The notes: generated by a model not told the origin, from the letters alone. A stretch of DNA of 64,000 nucleotides from Polyangiaceae bacterium (GCA_046351475.1 JAXLYL010000026.1:1-64000); one strand, 5' to 3'. Numbered from the stretch's first letter, positions 48,219-58,325 are shown. Numbers and translations: made by a program.

Positions 48219-49137
48219 GCGCGCGGGGCAGGAGCTCCACGGTCAACGGAAGGCTGCCGAGCGGTTCACCGTCGACGTCGAGCAGGAGCGGCTCGGCGTT
48301 CGGCACCGGGGCGTTGGTGACGGTGATCTTCCGCGCGCGGAAGTGGGTCACGTCGGGATTGGAGAGGTGCTTGCCTTCGTAGATGGTCTGCGAATGGCGC
48401 ACGAACGCGATCTTCGACGGGGCGTCCATGGAGACCACGTCGAAGAACCCGTCGTCGATGGAAGCTCGCGGAGCGATGTGCATACCGGCACCGAAGAACG
48501 AGCCGTTGCAGATGGCCAACATGTACGTCCAGAGCTCGCGGGTCTCGGTGCCTCCTTCGCCTTCGGAGGTGCACACGACCTTCGTCCGCGTGGACGCGAC
48601 GAGGGCCTTCACCGAAGCCGCGAGGTAGGTCGCCTTCCCTCCGAATCGTCCCGACGAACCGGCGACGAACTTGTCGACGAGGCCACCCATGCCGGCGGAG
48701 AGCACGTTCACGAACGTCCGCTCGGCGGGGCGCCCGTCCGACACGAACGTGGCCCGGCCGACGTCGACCTTCCGCGACGTCCCGCGGGCGATGGCATCGA
48801 GGTAGCGATCGAGCCGGTGCTCGAGACCTACCGATTTGCGGAAGTCGCCTCCGGTCCCCTGCCCGACGATGCCGAGAGCGGTGTCCGGTTTCGACGAGCG
48901 GAGGATGCCCGCGGCCACCTCGCTGATGGTCCCGTCCCCGCCGACGGCGACGACCAGGGCGCGCCCTTCGTCGGCTGCCCGATGGGCGAGCGTCACGGCG
49001 TGGGCGCGTTCCTCGGTGCGCACGAGATCCACGGGACCGAGCGCGCGTTCGATGGCAGCCACGAGATCGGACTCGACGCGGCCCGTCTTGCCACCCGCGG
49101 AGCGGGGATTGAGGACGACGACGGGCTTGGTGCTCAC
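48202..49137 (-). CDS. Diacylglycerol-kinase-family lipid kinase (DAGK_cat; YegS/BmrU-like)
   Basis: The GTG start overlaps the upstream TGA in a GTGA motif. The product carries ...PVVVLNPRSAGGKTG... and ...LVVAVGGDGTISEVAAG... (the GGDG motif). Confidence 0.75.
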   Translation of the reverse strand: MSTKPVVVLNPRSAGGKTGRVESDLVAAIERALGPVDLVRTEERAHAVTLAHRAADEGRALVVAVGGDGTISEVAAGILRSSKPDTALGIVGQGTGGDFRKSVGLEHRLDRYLDAIARGTSRKVDVGRATFVSDGRPAERTFVNVLSAGMGGLVDKFVAGSSGRFGGKATYLAASVKALVASTRTKVVCTSEGEGGTETRELWTYMLAICNGSFFGAGMHIAPRASIDDGFFDVVSMDAPSKIAFVRHSQTIYEGKHLSNPDVTHFRARKITVTNAPVPNAEPLLLDVDGEPLGSLPLTVELLPRALTLRV

Positions 49138-50228
49138 GGCGTGTCGGACGAGCGGAACGTGTCGGCCGCGGACTTCGCCTTCGCCGCCATTTCGGTCACG
49201 AGATCGGCGAAGGGCGTCGCTTCGTCGCGCGACTCGGGCCACACGACGCCGCGGTCGCGCAGATCGGCGACGGTGTCGGTGAGCGTCTCCATGGGATCGC
49301 GCGAGACGAAACCGAGCTCGTTCTCGGCGCGGGATGCGTCGAGGTACCAATAGTACTGGGCCATGTCGAGGCTCTGGGCGTCGACCGGGAGCCGCGCTCC
49401 GAGACTCTTCGCGAGCTTCTCGAAGAGCGAAACGCCGACCTTGGCCACCTCCGGCGCACGCGGAACGGGCAGCCACGGCGCGGAGACTCCCGAGACCCGC
49501 TCGAGCTTCGCGAAGAACTCGCGGAGCGTGAGATTCACGGCGCCGACGAGGTACGTCGCGCCCGGCTTTCCCTTCTCCATGGCGAGGAGGAGCGCTTGCG
49601 CCGCGTCGCGCACGTCGACGAACGAGATGCCGCCCGGCGGTACGGCGGGGATCTTCTTCTCGAGGAACAGACGCACGTCCTCCGTGGAGGAGCCACGGAG
49701 ATCTCCGGGACCGAGCAGGAGCGTCGGATTCACGGACACCACGTCGAACGCCGGGCCGTTCATCGCGAGGGCTGCCTGCTCGGCGAAGTATTTGGCGCGG
49801 TAGTACGGCCAACGGTTGAGGATGCCGATGGGCCTCTCGTCGTCCTCGGTGGCGATACGATCGGGGTCCTCGCTGACGGCGATGGTGCCGCTGGAGGACA
49901 CGAACACCGCACGACGGACACCCGCGTCACGGGCGGCCTCGAGCACGGTCTTCGTCCCGCGGACGTGCACCGTGTACATCTCTTCGGCGTCGGCCGCGCT
50001 CCGCGACACGCGCCCGGCGGCATGGAAGACGCCGTCCTTTCCCTTGGCGACGGCCTTCACCGCCGCGGCGTCGGTGATGTCGCCCCGGACGACCTTCACG
50101 CCCGCGGGGAACGACCGCGCGTGGGCCTCGCGCGCGAACGCCGTGACATCGTGTCCGGCTTCGACCAAGGCGAGGACGAGGTGGGTTCCGAGAAATCCGG
50201 TCGCGCCGGTGACGAGGTACTTGGCCAC
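49134..50228 (-). CDS. NAD-dependent epimerase/dehydratase (extended SDR; 3beta-HSD-like)
   Basis: The N-terminus is MAKYLVTGATGFLGTHLVLALVEAGHDV. The active-site YxxxK is in PYYRAK. The product is 364 aa. Confidence 0.8.
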   Translation of the reverse strand: MAKYLVTGATGFLGTHLVLALVEAGHDVTAFAREAHARSFPAGVKVVRGDITDAAAVKAVAKGKDGVFHAAGRVSRSAADAEEMYTVHVRGTKTVLEAARDAGVRRAVFVSSSGTIAVSEDPDRIATEDDERPIGILNRWPYYRAKYFAEQAALAMNGPAFDVVSVNPTLLLGPGDLRGSSTEDVRLFLEKKIPAVPPGGISFVDVRDAAQALLLAMEKGKPGATYLVGAVNLTLREFFAKLERVSGVSAPWLPVPRAPEVAKVGVSLFEKLAKSLGARLPVDAQSLDMAQYYWYLDASRAENELGFVSRDPMETLTDTVADLRDRGVVWPESRDEATPFADLVTEMAAKAKSAADTFRSSDTP

Positions 50229-50237
50229 GGGAACTCC

Positions 50238-53200
50238 TCAGGAGAGAGCGAACACTTCTTGGAACGTGTAGAGGAGCGAAGGGTCGTTCGACTTGATCGC
50301 ACCCGAGAGGAACTCCGCGGGACTCGGCACGTACGCCTCACGGACGATCTTGGTGAAGATTTCGGGGCTCGTCTTGAGGACGCAGTCGGCCTGGAAACCT
50401 TCCGGTTTACCGGGCGTGATCTGGCAGCCGCTCTTGTCGACCTTCACGGTCCACTTCGCGTCGGCGTCTCCGCCGAGCGTGAAATAGAACGAGACGGGCT
50501 TGTCGACCTTGTCGGCGCGGAACTTCTTGCCGAGTTCGTCGAACACGCGGACGAGCGGGTTCGCCTTCTCGTCGAGTTCCGACGAGCCGACGCCCACCTT
50601 CGAGAGGTCGAGCAGACCTCCGTCGCGGAGCGCGAGGACGGCTTGCCGCGCGATGCGTGCGACCTCGCGGGCAGCGTCCGAATTCGACATGCCTTGCGTG
50701 AGGCGACGCAGATCGGCGACGGCCAAGGGAAGACCGATGCGCGCCACGATCTCGCGCTTGGTCGGCAGGATGGAGCCCTTCGGCATCGCGCCGTGGGTCC
50801 CGCCGAGGTAGATCGGCAGGATGTCGACGCCATTCGCGAGGGCGAGCTGGCCGATCAGGGGCTTGAACTCGGTGACCTCGCCGTTCGGGCTCCGCGTGCC
50901 TTCGGGGAAGATGAGGACCGTCTTGCCGCTCCCGATGACTTCGCCCGCCTGACGTAGCGTGCCGCGGAGACCCGCATTGCGATCGATGGCCTGGAGGTTC
51001 GAGAAGTTCTCGAAGAACGTCTTCCGGACGCCGCCCTCGAAGAAGTAGTCCTGGGCGGCGAGCGAGACGATCTCCTCCCCGTAGGTCCCGAGGGCGTGTC
51101 GCACGAAGCCCATGTCGAGGTGGCTCGCGTGGTTCGAGACGACGATGGTGTTGCGGTTGTGCGGGATGTGGGCGCTGCCGAAAACCCGCGACTTCATGCC
51201 GGTGCCGTAGAAGACGTCCTGCAGGCGGCCGATCATCTTCTTGCCGAAGTCCTGCACGGCGGGAGGCACGTCGAACGCGACGGGCGCCGAGCCTTCGATG
51301 GACTTCGTGCGCGAAGGCGCCTTCGAGCGCGGAGCGTGCACCAGGGCCTCGACCTCCGCGACCGTTCGGCAAGCGGCGAGTTGGTCGTGATCGACCGCGC
51401 CGCCCTTCGACTCGAGGATCTCGTGGAGTTCCGTGAGGAGGAGCGAGTCGAAGCCGAGGTCCGCCTTGAGTGTCATCTCCGGCCGCACCTCGCCCAGGGG
51501 GAGGTTCTTGAGGACGGAGATGGCGACGCGGACGTTGGTGGTTCCGGGCGCCGCCTCGAGCGGACGCGTGCTGCCGACGAGATTCCGCTCGATGGTGGCC
51601 TTCACTTCGCCGCGCTTCACCTTGCGGGTGGAGGTGCGGGGGAGCGCGCTGTCCTGGAGCTGTACGACGGCGGGCTGCTCGCCGTAGGGCAACTTCGCGA
51701 GGGCCGATCGGAGGCTCTTCATCGCGCGCTCCATGCGCTCCGCGCGGTCCACGCCGTCGTCCTTCTTCGGCACGCCCAGACAGGCGACCTTCTCGGAACC
51801 GCCGCGGGTCGTGATGCCGACGATGGCGAACTCTTCGATGTGTTCGACCGCACCGACGCGGCGCTCGACGTCGTCGGGGTAGACGTTCTCGCCGGTGGTG
51901 GTGACGATCACGTCCTTGGAACGACCGACGATCTGGAGTCGACCGGCCTTGTCGAATTTGCCCAGGTCACCCGTGTGGAGCCACCCGTCGGCGTCCACGA
52001 CACCTTCGGTCGCATCGGAGCCGGTGTAACCGGCCATGACGTTCGGGCCCTTGGCGACGATCTCGCCGACACCGCGATCGTCCGGGTCCTGGATCTTCAC
52101 CGTGACGCCCGGGATCGCTTTGCCGACCTGCCCGGCCTTCGACTTCGGCGACGGGTTCGACACCGTGAGCACCGGCGCGGCCTCGGTGAGACCGTAGCCT
52201 TCGGTGAGGTGCAGACCGAGACCCGCGAACGTGTCGAACGTCTCGGCGGGGAGCGAGGCGCCGCCCGAGATCAGGTACTTCACCTTGCCGCCGAGCGCGG
52301 CGTGGACGGGTCCGAAGAGGAGGCGTCCGACGTCGACACCGAGCGTCTTGCCGAGGAAGCGGTTCGCTTCGGTGCCGAGCGAGACGGCCATCTCGAACGC
52401 GGGGCCTTTCCCCTTGATGTCGGTGGTGATGCGTCGCTCGAGCATCTGCCAGAGCGCGGGCACGCCCACCATCGCCGTCGGACTCGCCTTCTTGAGCGCG
52501 TGCGAGAGGCGATCGCCCGTGAGCTCGTCGAGGTAGACGACGCGGGCCCCGCGCGTGAGCGGCAGCAGCATGCCGCACGTGAACTCGAACGTGTGGTGGA
52601 GAGGGAGCACGGAGAGCACGGCCTGTCCCGGCTTCAGCGGGAAGAGCGGCGCGAGCGACGCGACGAGCGCCGTGAAGTTCTTGTGCGTGAGCATCACGCC
52701 CTTGGGCGTGCCGGTCGTGCCGCTCGTGTAGATGAGGCTCGCGACGTCGTCGTCGTCCACTTCGACGAGCGGGGGCGAGAGCGGCGCTTCGTCGGTGAGG
52801 GACCGGAGCCCGAGGACGGTGAGCTTCCGATGGGTCGCGCGCACGTGTCCGCCGGACTTCTTCTCGACGTCGGCGTCCCAGACGGCGGCGAACGCTTCGG
52901 ACTCGCGCACGATCGTCGCGAGCACTTCGGGTTCGAAATTCGGGTCGACGGGGACGACGGTGCCGCCCGCGACGAGGATGCCGAAGTAGGCGATGACCCA
53001 GTCGGGGTGGTTGTGGCCGGCGAGGACGACGCGGTGCCCCTTCTGCACGCCCGCCTGGGCGAGTCGTGCCGCCACGGCGTCGGCCCGCTTCTCGAACTCG
53101 CGGTAGGTGATCCGCGAGAGTCCGTCGGTCTCGACGCGCTGGAGGCACGTCGACATCTCGTGACGACCCGCCATCTGGCGCATCATCGTGACGAGGGTCT

Positions 53201-54854
53201 CGTGGGCGCGGAGCGGCTGCGTCTCCTTCTTCAGGCGACGATCCATCTCCGGCATGATGAGCTTCTCGAGCGTCGGCATCTGGACGTCGCGCATCCAGTC
53301 GGCCCAGTCGAGGCTCTCGGGAGCCCAGGGGAGCTTCGACTTGTCCTCGTCGGAGAGGCGGGCGTAGGCGGCGCGCGTGTTGGAGCAGTCGAACGGACCG
53401 TTCTCGAGCACCGTGAACGGGGCGAAGAGGTGGAAGATCTCGCCGATCTTGGTCTCGCGATAGGCGACCGCGTCGAGGGACTTCGCGGCGGAAGAGAACA
53501 TCTCCGCGGTCGGTCCCACGGCCGCGGAGCGGAGAGCCTTCGCGAGGTTCTTGGAGGCCTTCGCGATCGCGGGAGGTCCGATGCGATCGAACGTCTCGAG
53601 CGTCACGCTCTGGGGCTCGACGTGCGCCTGGTAGAAGTTGAGGAACGGGTTGCCGCCCTTCTTCTGGTAGTAGCGGCGCTTGTAGAGGCCGATGAGTTCG
53701 GCGAAGCGCGCGACGGTGCACGGGTTCACGTCGGCCGCGCCGAACTGGTAGACGGCCTTGGGGGTGCCCTCGAGCAGTTCCGCGAGCGCCATGATCATGC
53801 CGGCCGCGACGTAGTCGCTCGGAATGAGATCGAGCGAGACCTCGGCCGCCGGGATGTTCACCTGGCCCTTCATGGCCATGTAGAGGATCGGCGCGGACGT
53901 GCTGACGCCCTCGTTCCATCCTTCGAACGGGAACGCGACCGTGGTCTCGCAGCAGGCGGGGCGCGCGATCGTGAAGCGGAGGCCGCTCTTCGCGACGAGC
54001 TGCTCACCGATGCTCTTGGTGTACGTGTAGATGTTCGGCCAGCCCCAGTGCGTCGCGCGGTCCTTGCCGACCTCGACGAGCATGTCGCTCACGTACTTGC
54101 GCTTCACCTTCGCGTACTCGGACTCGTACGCCGGCCCCTCCGAAGGCTCACCTCGATCGCGGAGGTTCTTGAGGGCCTTCTCCCGGAACTCGCTCTTGCG
54201 GAACGCGTCCTCGGAGCGGTGCTTCGCCTGGGCGACGAGCTCGAGGCATTCGGCGACCTCGCGCTCGGGATCCCACGCGTCCCGTCCAAGCTCGTCGCAC
54301 CGCGGGTACGGGTACTCGCCCGGCGGCACTTCGAAGATGGGGCCCTTCCGGCGACCGGCGACGTAACAGGTGCTCGTGTGGAAGAGCGGTGTGTCGCCGA
54401 GCGTCTTCGCGAGATCGACGACGTTCTTGGTGCCGAACGCGTTCGCGTCGAGTGCTTCGTCCAAGGGCGGATTGAAGTCGACGACGCCGGCGACGTTCAC
54501 GACGGCGTCGAGGGTGCCCTTGAGATCCTTGAGGAGACCGGGTTCGATGCCGCAGTTCGGACGACCGACGTCCCCGTCGATGGGGACGATCTTGCTCTTC
54601 AGGAACTCTTCGAACTGCGGCCCCGGGTACTTCTCGCGCAGGGGCTCGAAGCAGCGGGACGTGGCGATGTCCTTCCAGAAGCGCTCCTCGGTGGTCTGCT
54701 TCTTCGACGACCGGACCAGGAGGAAGATCTTGCCGATCGACGGGTAGCGATCGAGCAGCATGGCGAGCATCACCTTCCCGAGGAAGCCGGTGCCTCCGAG
54801 GAAGACGAAGCGCGTGCCGTCGAGCAAGCCTTGGACGTCGAGCGGTTCCTTCAT
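50238..54854 (-). CDS. Multidomain lipid-biosynthesis enzyme, ElbD-like ether-lipid type: fatty-acyl reductase (NAD_binding_4), acyl-AMP/CoA ligase, ACP, 1-acyl-sn-glycerol-3-phosphate acyltransferase (AGPAT) and SCP2-like domains
   Basis: From the ATG at 54854 the product is MKEPLDVQGLLDGTRFVFLGGTGFLGKVM... The FAR/'male-sterility' region reads ...TSTCYVAGRRKG...YTYTKSIGEQL. The AMP-binding domain carries LIYTSGTTGTPKGVMLTH and ...HTGDLGKFDKAGRLQIVGRSKD. The PP-binding DSL motif is TLKADLGFDSLLLTEL. The AGPAT H(x)4D motif is VVSNHASHLDMGF, with ...IFPEGTRS. The C-terminal SCP2-like region is ...YFTLGGDADAKWTVKVDKSGC...LSGAIKSNDPSLLYTFQEVF. The product is 1538 aa. Confidence 0.85.
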   Translation of the reverse strand: MKEPLDVQGLLDGTRFVFLGGTGFLGKVMLAMLLDRYPSIGKIFLLVRSSKKQTTEERFWKDIATSRCFEPLREKYPGPQFEEFLKSKIVPIDGDVGRPNCGIEPGLLKDLKGTLDAVVNVAGVVDFNPPLDEALDANAFGTKNVVDLAKTLGDTPLFHTSTCYVAGRRKGPIFEVPPGEYPYPRCDELGRDAWDPEREVAECLELVAQAKHRSEDAFRKSEFREKALKNLRDRGEPSEGPAYESEYAKVKRKYVSDMLVEVGKDRATHWGWPNIYTYTKSIGEQLVAKSGLRFTIARPACCETTVAFPFEGWNEGVSTSAPILYMAMKGQVNIPAAEVSLDLIPSDYVAAGMIMALAELLEGTPKAVYQFGAADVNPCTVARFAELIGLYKRRYYQKKGGNPFLNFYQAHVEPQSVTLETFDRIGPPAIAKASKNLAKALRSAAVGPTAEMFSSAAKSLDAVAYRETKIGEIFHLFAPFTVLENGPFDCSNTRAAYARLSDEDKSKLPWAPESLDWADWMRDVQMPTLEKLIMPEMDRRLKKETQPLRAHETLVTMMRQMAGRHEMSTCLQRVETDGLSRITYREFEKRADAVAARLAQAGVQKGHRVVLAGHNHPDWVIAYFGILVAGGTVVPVDPNFEPEVLATIVRESEAFAAVWDADVEKKSGGHVRATHRKLTVLGLRSLTDEAPLSPPLVEVDDDDVASLIYTSGTTGTPKGVMLTHKNFTALVASLAPLFPLKPGQAVLSVLPLHHTFEFTCGMLLPLTRGARVVYLDELTGDRLSHALKKASPTAMVGVPALWQMLERRITTDIKGKGPAFEMAVSLGTEANRFLGKTLGVDVGRLLFGPVHAALGGKVKYLISGGASLPAETFDTFAGLGLHLTEGYGLTEAAPVLTVSNPSPKSKAGQVGKAIPGVTVKIQDPDDRGVGEIVAKGPNVMAGYTGSDATEGVVDADGWLHTGDLGKFDKAGRLQIVGRSKDVIVTTTGENVYPDDVERRVGAVEHIEEFAIVGITTRGGSEKVACLGVPKKDDGVDRAERMERAMKSLRSALAKLPYGEQPAVVQLQDSALPRTSTRKVKRGEVKATIERNLVGSTRPLEAAPGTTNVRVAISVLKNLPLGEVRPEMTLKADLGFDSLLLTELHEILESKGGAVDHDQLAACRTVAEVEALVHAPRSKAPSRTKSIEGSAPVAFDVPPAVQDFGKKMIGRLQDVFYGTGMKSRVFGSAHIPHNRNTIVVSNHASHLDMGFVRHALGTYGEEIVSLAAQDYFFEGGVRKTFFENFSNLQAIDRNAGLRGTLRQAGEVIGSGKTVLIFPEGTRSPNGEVTEFKPLIGQLALANGVDILPIYLGGTHGAMPKGSILPTKREIVARIGLPLAVADLRRLTQGMSNSDAAREVARIARQAVLALRDGGLLDLSKVGVGSSELDEKANPLVRVFDELGKKFRADKVDKPVSFYFTLGGDADAKWTVKVDKSGCQITPGKPEGFQADCVLKTSPEIFTKIVREAYVPSPAEFLSGAIKSNDPSLLYTFQEVFALS

Positions 54855-54874
54855 GGTCGTGCCGTGCCTCCCGC

Positions 54875-56455
54875 TCAGACCGTCACGTCCGCCATGCAGA
54901 TCGGCGGCATGTGGAGCATGGTGATTTCGGGCGAACGCGGCCCCGTGTCCTTCGCCATGTCGAGCGCCTCGCCCATGGATCGGGCGGTCTCCCATCCGAG
55001 GATCTTCGGGATGTATTCGTTGTCCGCACCGACGACGATCACGCGTCCCAAGTGCTGACGACCGGCCTCGCCCCAGTACCACATGAAAAAGGGATGGGCC
55101 GGGTGGTACGCGTGGCCCGTGCGGTACATCTGGATGTAGGCCGGGTTCGACGCGAACTTCTTCTCGTAACGCTTGTGAAGTTCGACGGCGTCGCGCGTCT
55201 CGGGAAGCAGGTTGTGGACGAACTCGATGTACGGCGCGTGGTGTTCGCGATCGAACTTGTCCGTGCACGGATGGGTGATGATCATCGTGCCGCCCTTCTT
55301 CACGAGGGGCGCGTTCCGGTAGCAGTTGAAGAGGTACCCCTGCGCCATGACTTGAACGAGCAGCGGGTTCAGGAACGAGTTCACGTTGTACGGGCTGATG
55401 TACGGGATGCCCGTGACCATGATGTCGGCCTGGCCCTTGATGGGCACGAGGTACTGCTCGAACGACTTCGCGATCGTGTGCTTGTGGACCGCTTCCGTCT
55501 CGCCGGCGAACACGCCCGTGACGCCGAACGGCGACGGCACGCGCTGGAACACGGCCTCGCGCGCGGGTTGCGGCACCTTGTCGAGCGTGAAGCGGAGGGC
55601 CTTGAGCGCCGTCTTCTCGGCGGACGTGAGGTCGTCCTCGTTCTTGTGGAGGAACTCGAGCGGGCGATCGAACATGCGGTTGTTGATCGTCGTCTCGATG
55701 GTGAAGACGTTGAGGTTCTTGTTCGTGACGCGGCCCATGCGCTCGACGGAGTCCGCGAGGGCGCTCTTCGAGGGGTCCATGTACGAGTGGCACGCCCGCA
55801 TGGTCTTCGGGTTGTGGTGCGCCATCAGGCTCTTGTAGCCGCAGAGACCGACCGTGACCGACTTGTGCCCCCCGTCCATCGGGACGAGATTCAAGTTCAC
55901 GTAGATGACGAGATCCGCCTCGACCGCCTTGCGATTGAGTTCGACGACTTCGCCCTGGTCGGTCGTGCCGACCATCTTCATCCCTTCGGGATCTTCCGCG
56001 TCGTGGTTGTAGAGGCGGTGCGGGTAGTACGCGTCGAAGATCTTCGAACCGACGATGTGCCGAATCTCCGGCCCCGTCATGCGGCGGTGCACGGACGTCG
56101 CGATGATCATCTCCACGTCGTCGACGCCGTGGTTCGCGAAGAGTTCGAGGAGGATGGTGAGGACGCGTTCGCGGATGTCGGGCGCACGCATGGGCGGGAG
56201 AGGGAGCGAGATGTCGTCGATGGCGATGACGACCTTCATGCCCGGACGGAGTTTCGAGTGCAGCGGGTCCGCGTTGTACGGGTGGTTCAGGGCGTAACGG
56301 ATCGCGGCGTCGACGTCGCGGAGCGGCTCGAGCGGAGGGCGCGGATAGACGACGCGCGTTCCGGCGGGCATGTCGACTTCGACGAGGCGGTCACCCGAAA
56401 AGATGGTGCGCGGGGCACTCTTGCGATCGAGGGTGACGACGAGCGGATGACTCAT
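54875..56455 (-). CDS. LarA-like (DUF2088, lactate-racemase family) protein
   Basis: The 526-aa product carries ...MKVVIAIDDISLPLP... and ...VPMDGGHKSV...SLMAHHNP... These resemble the DUF2088 core, including the GG-x-K lysine and His cluster that tether the Ni-pincer cofactor in LarA. The assignment is by motif resemblance only. Confidence 0.5.
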   Translation of the reverse strand: MSHPLVVTLDRKSAPRTIFSGDRLVEVDMPAGTRVVYPRPPLEPLRDVDAAIRYALNHPYNADPLHSKLRPGMKVVIAIDDISLPLPPMRAPDIRERVLTILLELFANHGVDDVEMIIATSVHRRMTGPEIRHIVGSKIFDAYYPHRLYNHDAEDPEGMKMVGTTDQGEVVELNRKAVEADLVIYVNLNLVPMDGGHKSVTVGLCGYKSLMAHHNPKTMRACHSYMDPSKSALADSVERMGRVTNKNLNVFTIETTINNRMFDRPLEFLHKNEDDLTSAEKTALKALRFTLDKVPQPAREAVFQRVPSPFGVTGVFAGETEAVHKHTIAKSFEQYLVPIKGQADIMVTGIPYISPYNVNSFLNPLLVQVMAQGYLFNCYRNAPLVKKGGTMIITHPCTDKFDREHHAPYIEFVHNLLPETRDAVELHKRYEKKFASNPAYIQMYRTGHAYHPAHPFFMWYWGEAGRQHLGRVIVVGADNEYIPKILGWETARSMGEALDMAKDTGPRSPEITMLHMPPICMADVTV

Positions 56456-56519
56456 GAACGGGCTCCAAGGGTTCGGACGGAGGCGCGGCGAGGAAGGCAG
56501 CGCCTTGGAGGATGCGGCG

Positions 56520-57242
56520 CTACGCGTGGACGGCGGGGCCGGATCGCTCCTTCAAGTTCAGGATCGGCCAGCCGTACGTGTTCGCGAGCCGTGCGAGGCG
56601 CGCGTCCGGGTTCACGGCGGCGGGGTAACCGACGACGGAGAGCATGGGCACGTCGGAGTAGCTGTCCGAGTAGGCGAAACACTGCGCGAGGTCGTGGCCG
56701 TTCGCGCGGGCGTGCTCGCGAATCAGGCGCGCCTTTTCGGGTCCCGCGACGACGGGCCGAAGGAGGCGTCCGGTGGCGTGGCCGTCCTTGATCTCGAGGC
56801 GGTTGGCGATGATGCCCGTCGCGCCGATGTGGGCCGCGAGCCGCTCCATCAAGAAGTCGAGCGCACCGGAGACGAGGACCACGTCCTGCCCTTCCTTGCG
56901 GCAACGGGACACGAGGGCCTTCGCCGACGGGAACAGCGCGGGCTTGATGACCTTGTCGAACGCTTCGTCCGCCAGACCGTGGAGGCGGTCCTTCGACGTG
57001 CCCTCGTAGGAACTGAAGAGGAGCTCGTTGAAGACGCGCCGATCCTGCATCTCCGCGAGGGCCATGCGCGGCGCACCGAACAACGCGCGCGCGACTTTCG
57101 CGACGCTCTGGACGGGGCTCTGCTGGTTCAGCAGGTAGAAGACGGTCGGATGAACGAGGTTCGTGCGGACGAGGGTGCCGTCCACGTCGAAGTAACTGGC
57201 TGCCACGCGGGGGGTATTCGTATGCCCAGCCCCGTGTGTCAA
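56520..57242 (-). CDS. HAD-superfamily hydrolase (subfamily IB, phosphoserine-phosphatase-like)
   Basis: The HAD motif I is ...ASYFDVDGTLV... Motif II is ...VVLVSGALDF... Motif IV is ...YSDSYSDVPML... Confidence 0.7.
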   Translation of the reverse strand: MTHGAGHTNTPRVAASYFDVDGTLVRTNLVHPTVFYLLNQQSPVQSVAKVARALFGAPRMALAEMQDRRVFNELLFSSYEGTSKDRLHGLADEAFDKVIKPALFPSAKALVSRCRKEGQDVVLVSGALDFLMERLAAHIGATGIIANRLEIKDGHATGRLLRPVVAGPEKARLIREHARANGHDLAQCFAYSDSYSDVPMLSVVGYPAAVNPDARLARLANTYGWPILNLKERSGPAVHA

Positions 57243-57374
57243 CCTTTGGGGGCACGTTCACGCGCGCAAAGCGGCGGAAAATGGCTCTCCGCGGCCCGCG
57301 TTACACGGTGCGCATCGGGGTGCGCACCCGGACGCCTTCCGGGCGTCTCCAGGTGCGGCGTGCGGAAGTTCGGC

Positions 57375-58211
57375 TCAGGGGACGACCCAGATCGCGCCCT
57401 GCATGCCCGGGTGGAAGTTTCCGCACACGAAGCCGTAGGTCCCCGCGGTCGGGAACGTGGCCATCTGGGACGTACCGGTGTTCGCGAGCCCACCGATGGG
57501 GTTGTTCGCGTCGCCCGGATCCTGGGGAGGGACGATGACCGGGTGGATGTTGAAGCCGACCTGGGCGGTCTCGAGCGTGAACAGGACGCTCTGACCCGCC
57601 TTGACCTTCATGCAACGGGCCGCGGTCGTCCCGACGGTGAAGCCCCACACGACGGTGCGTTCCGCGTTCGCCGCCGTGCGATCGACGTAGTCCGCCGCGT
57701 CGCAGTTCTGGATCTCGAGGGCCGCGTTCTCGCCGCCGGAGTCGCTCGCGTCCGACCCCGCGTCGGCCGCGGCGTCGGAGCCGGCGTCCGTCGCGCCCGC
57801 GTCGGAGGCATCGGAGCCGGCGTCGGTCGCGCCCGAATCCTGGGTCGTTCCAGAATCGCCCGCGTCGTTCCCGGCATCACGGCCGGCGTCACCGCCGCCG
57901 TCGCGACCGCCGTCACCGCCGCCATCGCCACCTCCGTCGCGGCCACCGTCCGTCGCGGAACCGTCGCGCGCGGCATCGGCCGCGGCGTCCGTCGTGACGG
58001 GCGCGTCGGAACGCGCGTCGACCGACGAGGAGCCATCGGTGGTCGTGCTCGAATCGGAGCCCGCGGACGAATCGGCCGCGGACGCGTCCCCGAGGTCGAC
58101 GCCGCTGCTGCCGCTGCAATGGGCGAGGCCGACGGAGGCGGCGAGCACGAGCGCGACCGGCGCGGTGGACGACAGTGTGACGATGAGCGTTCGGCGCGTC
58201 GAGATGTTCAT
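57375..58211 (-). CDS. Secreted cupredoxin (type-1 blue copper protein) with a long acidic low-complexity linker
   Basis: From the ATG at 58211 the product is MNISTRRTLIVTLSSTAPVALVLAASVGLAHC. A roughly 130-aa D/G/S/A-rich linker follows. The C-terminal cupredoxin domain has copper ligands in ...IHPVIV... and ...GTYGFVCGNFHPGMQGAIWV (Cys-x2-His-x2-Met). Confidence 0.75.
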   Translation of the reverse strand: MNISTRRTLIVTLSSTAPVALVLAASVGLAHCSGSSGVDLGDASAADSSAGSDSSTTTDGSSSVDARSDAPVTTDAAADAARDGSATDGGRDGGGDGGGDGGRDGGGDAGRDAGNDAGDSGTTQDSGATDAGSDASDAGATDAGSDAAADAGSDASDSGGENAALEIQNCDAADYVDRTAANAERTVVWGFTVGTTAARCMKVKAGQSVLFTLETAQVGFNIHPVIVPPQDPGDANNPIGGLANTGTSQMATFPTAGTYGFVCGNFHPGMQGAIWVVP

Positions 58212-58325
58212 GGTGCAGAGACCTCCCCGGAAATCGGTGCGCGCCGGACTCGGAACGAGAATGAGAACGGGTCCTGGAAAGGACCGCGACCAGGTGTGGT
58301 ACGACGACGCGCGAGGGAAAAAGGT

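Noticed and set aside
50407-56791. ORFs 51096..55058(+), 51967..53919(-), 54911..56791(+), 50407..51372(-) and 56454..59336(+) N-terminal part
   Set aside because: They are alternative frames of the ElbD-like, LarA-like and HAD genes. The real frames show AMP-binding, PP-binding, AGPAT and HAD motifs.
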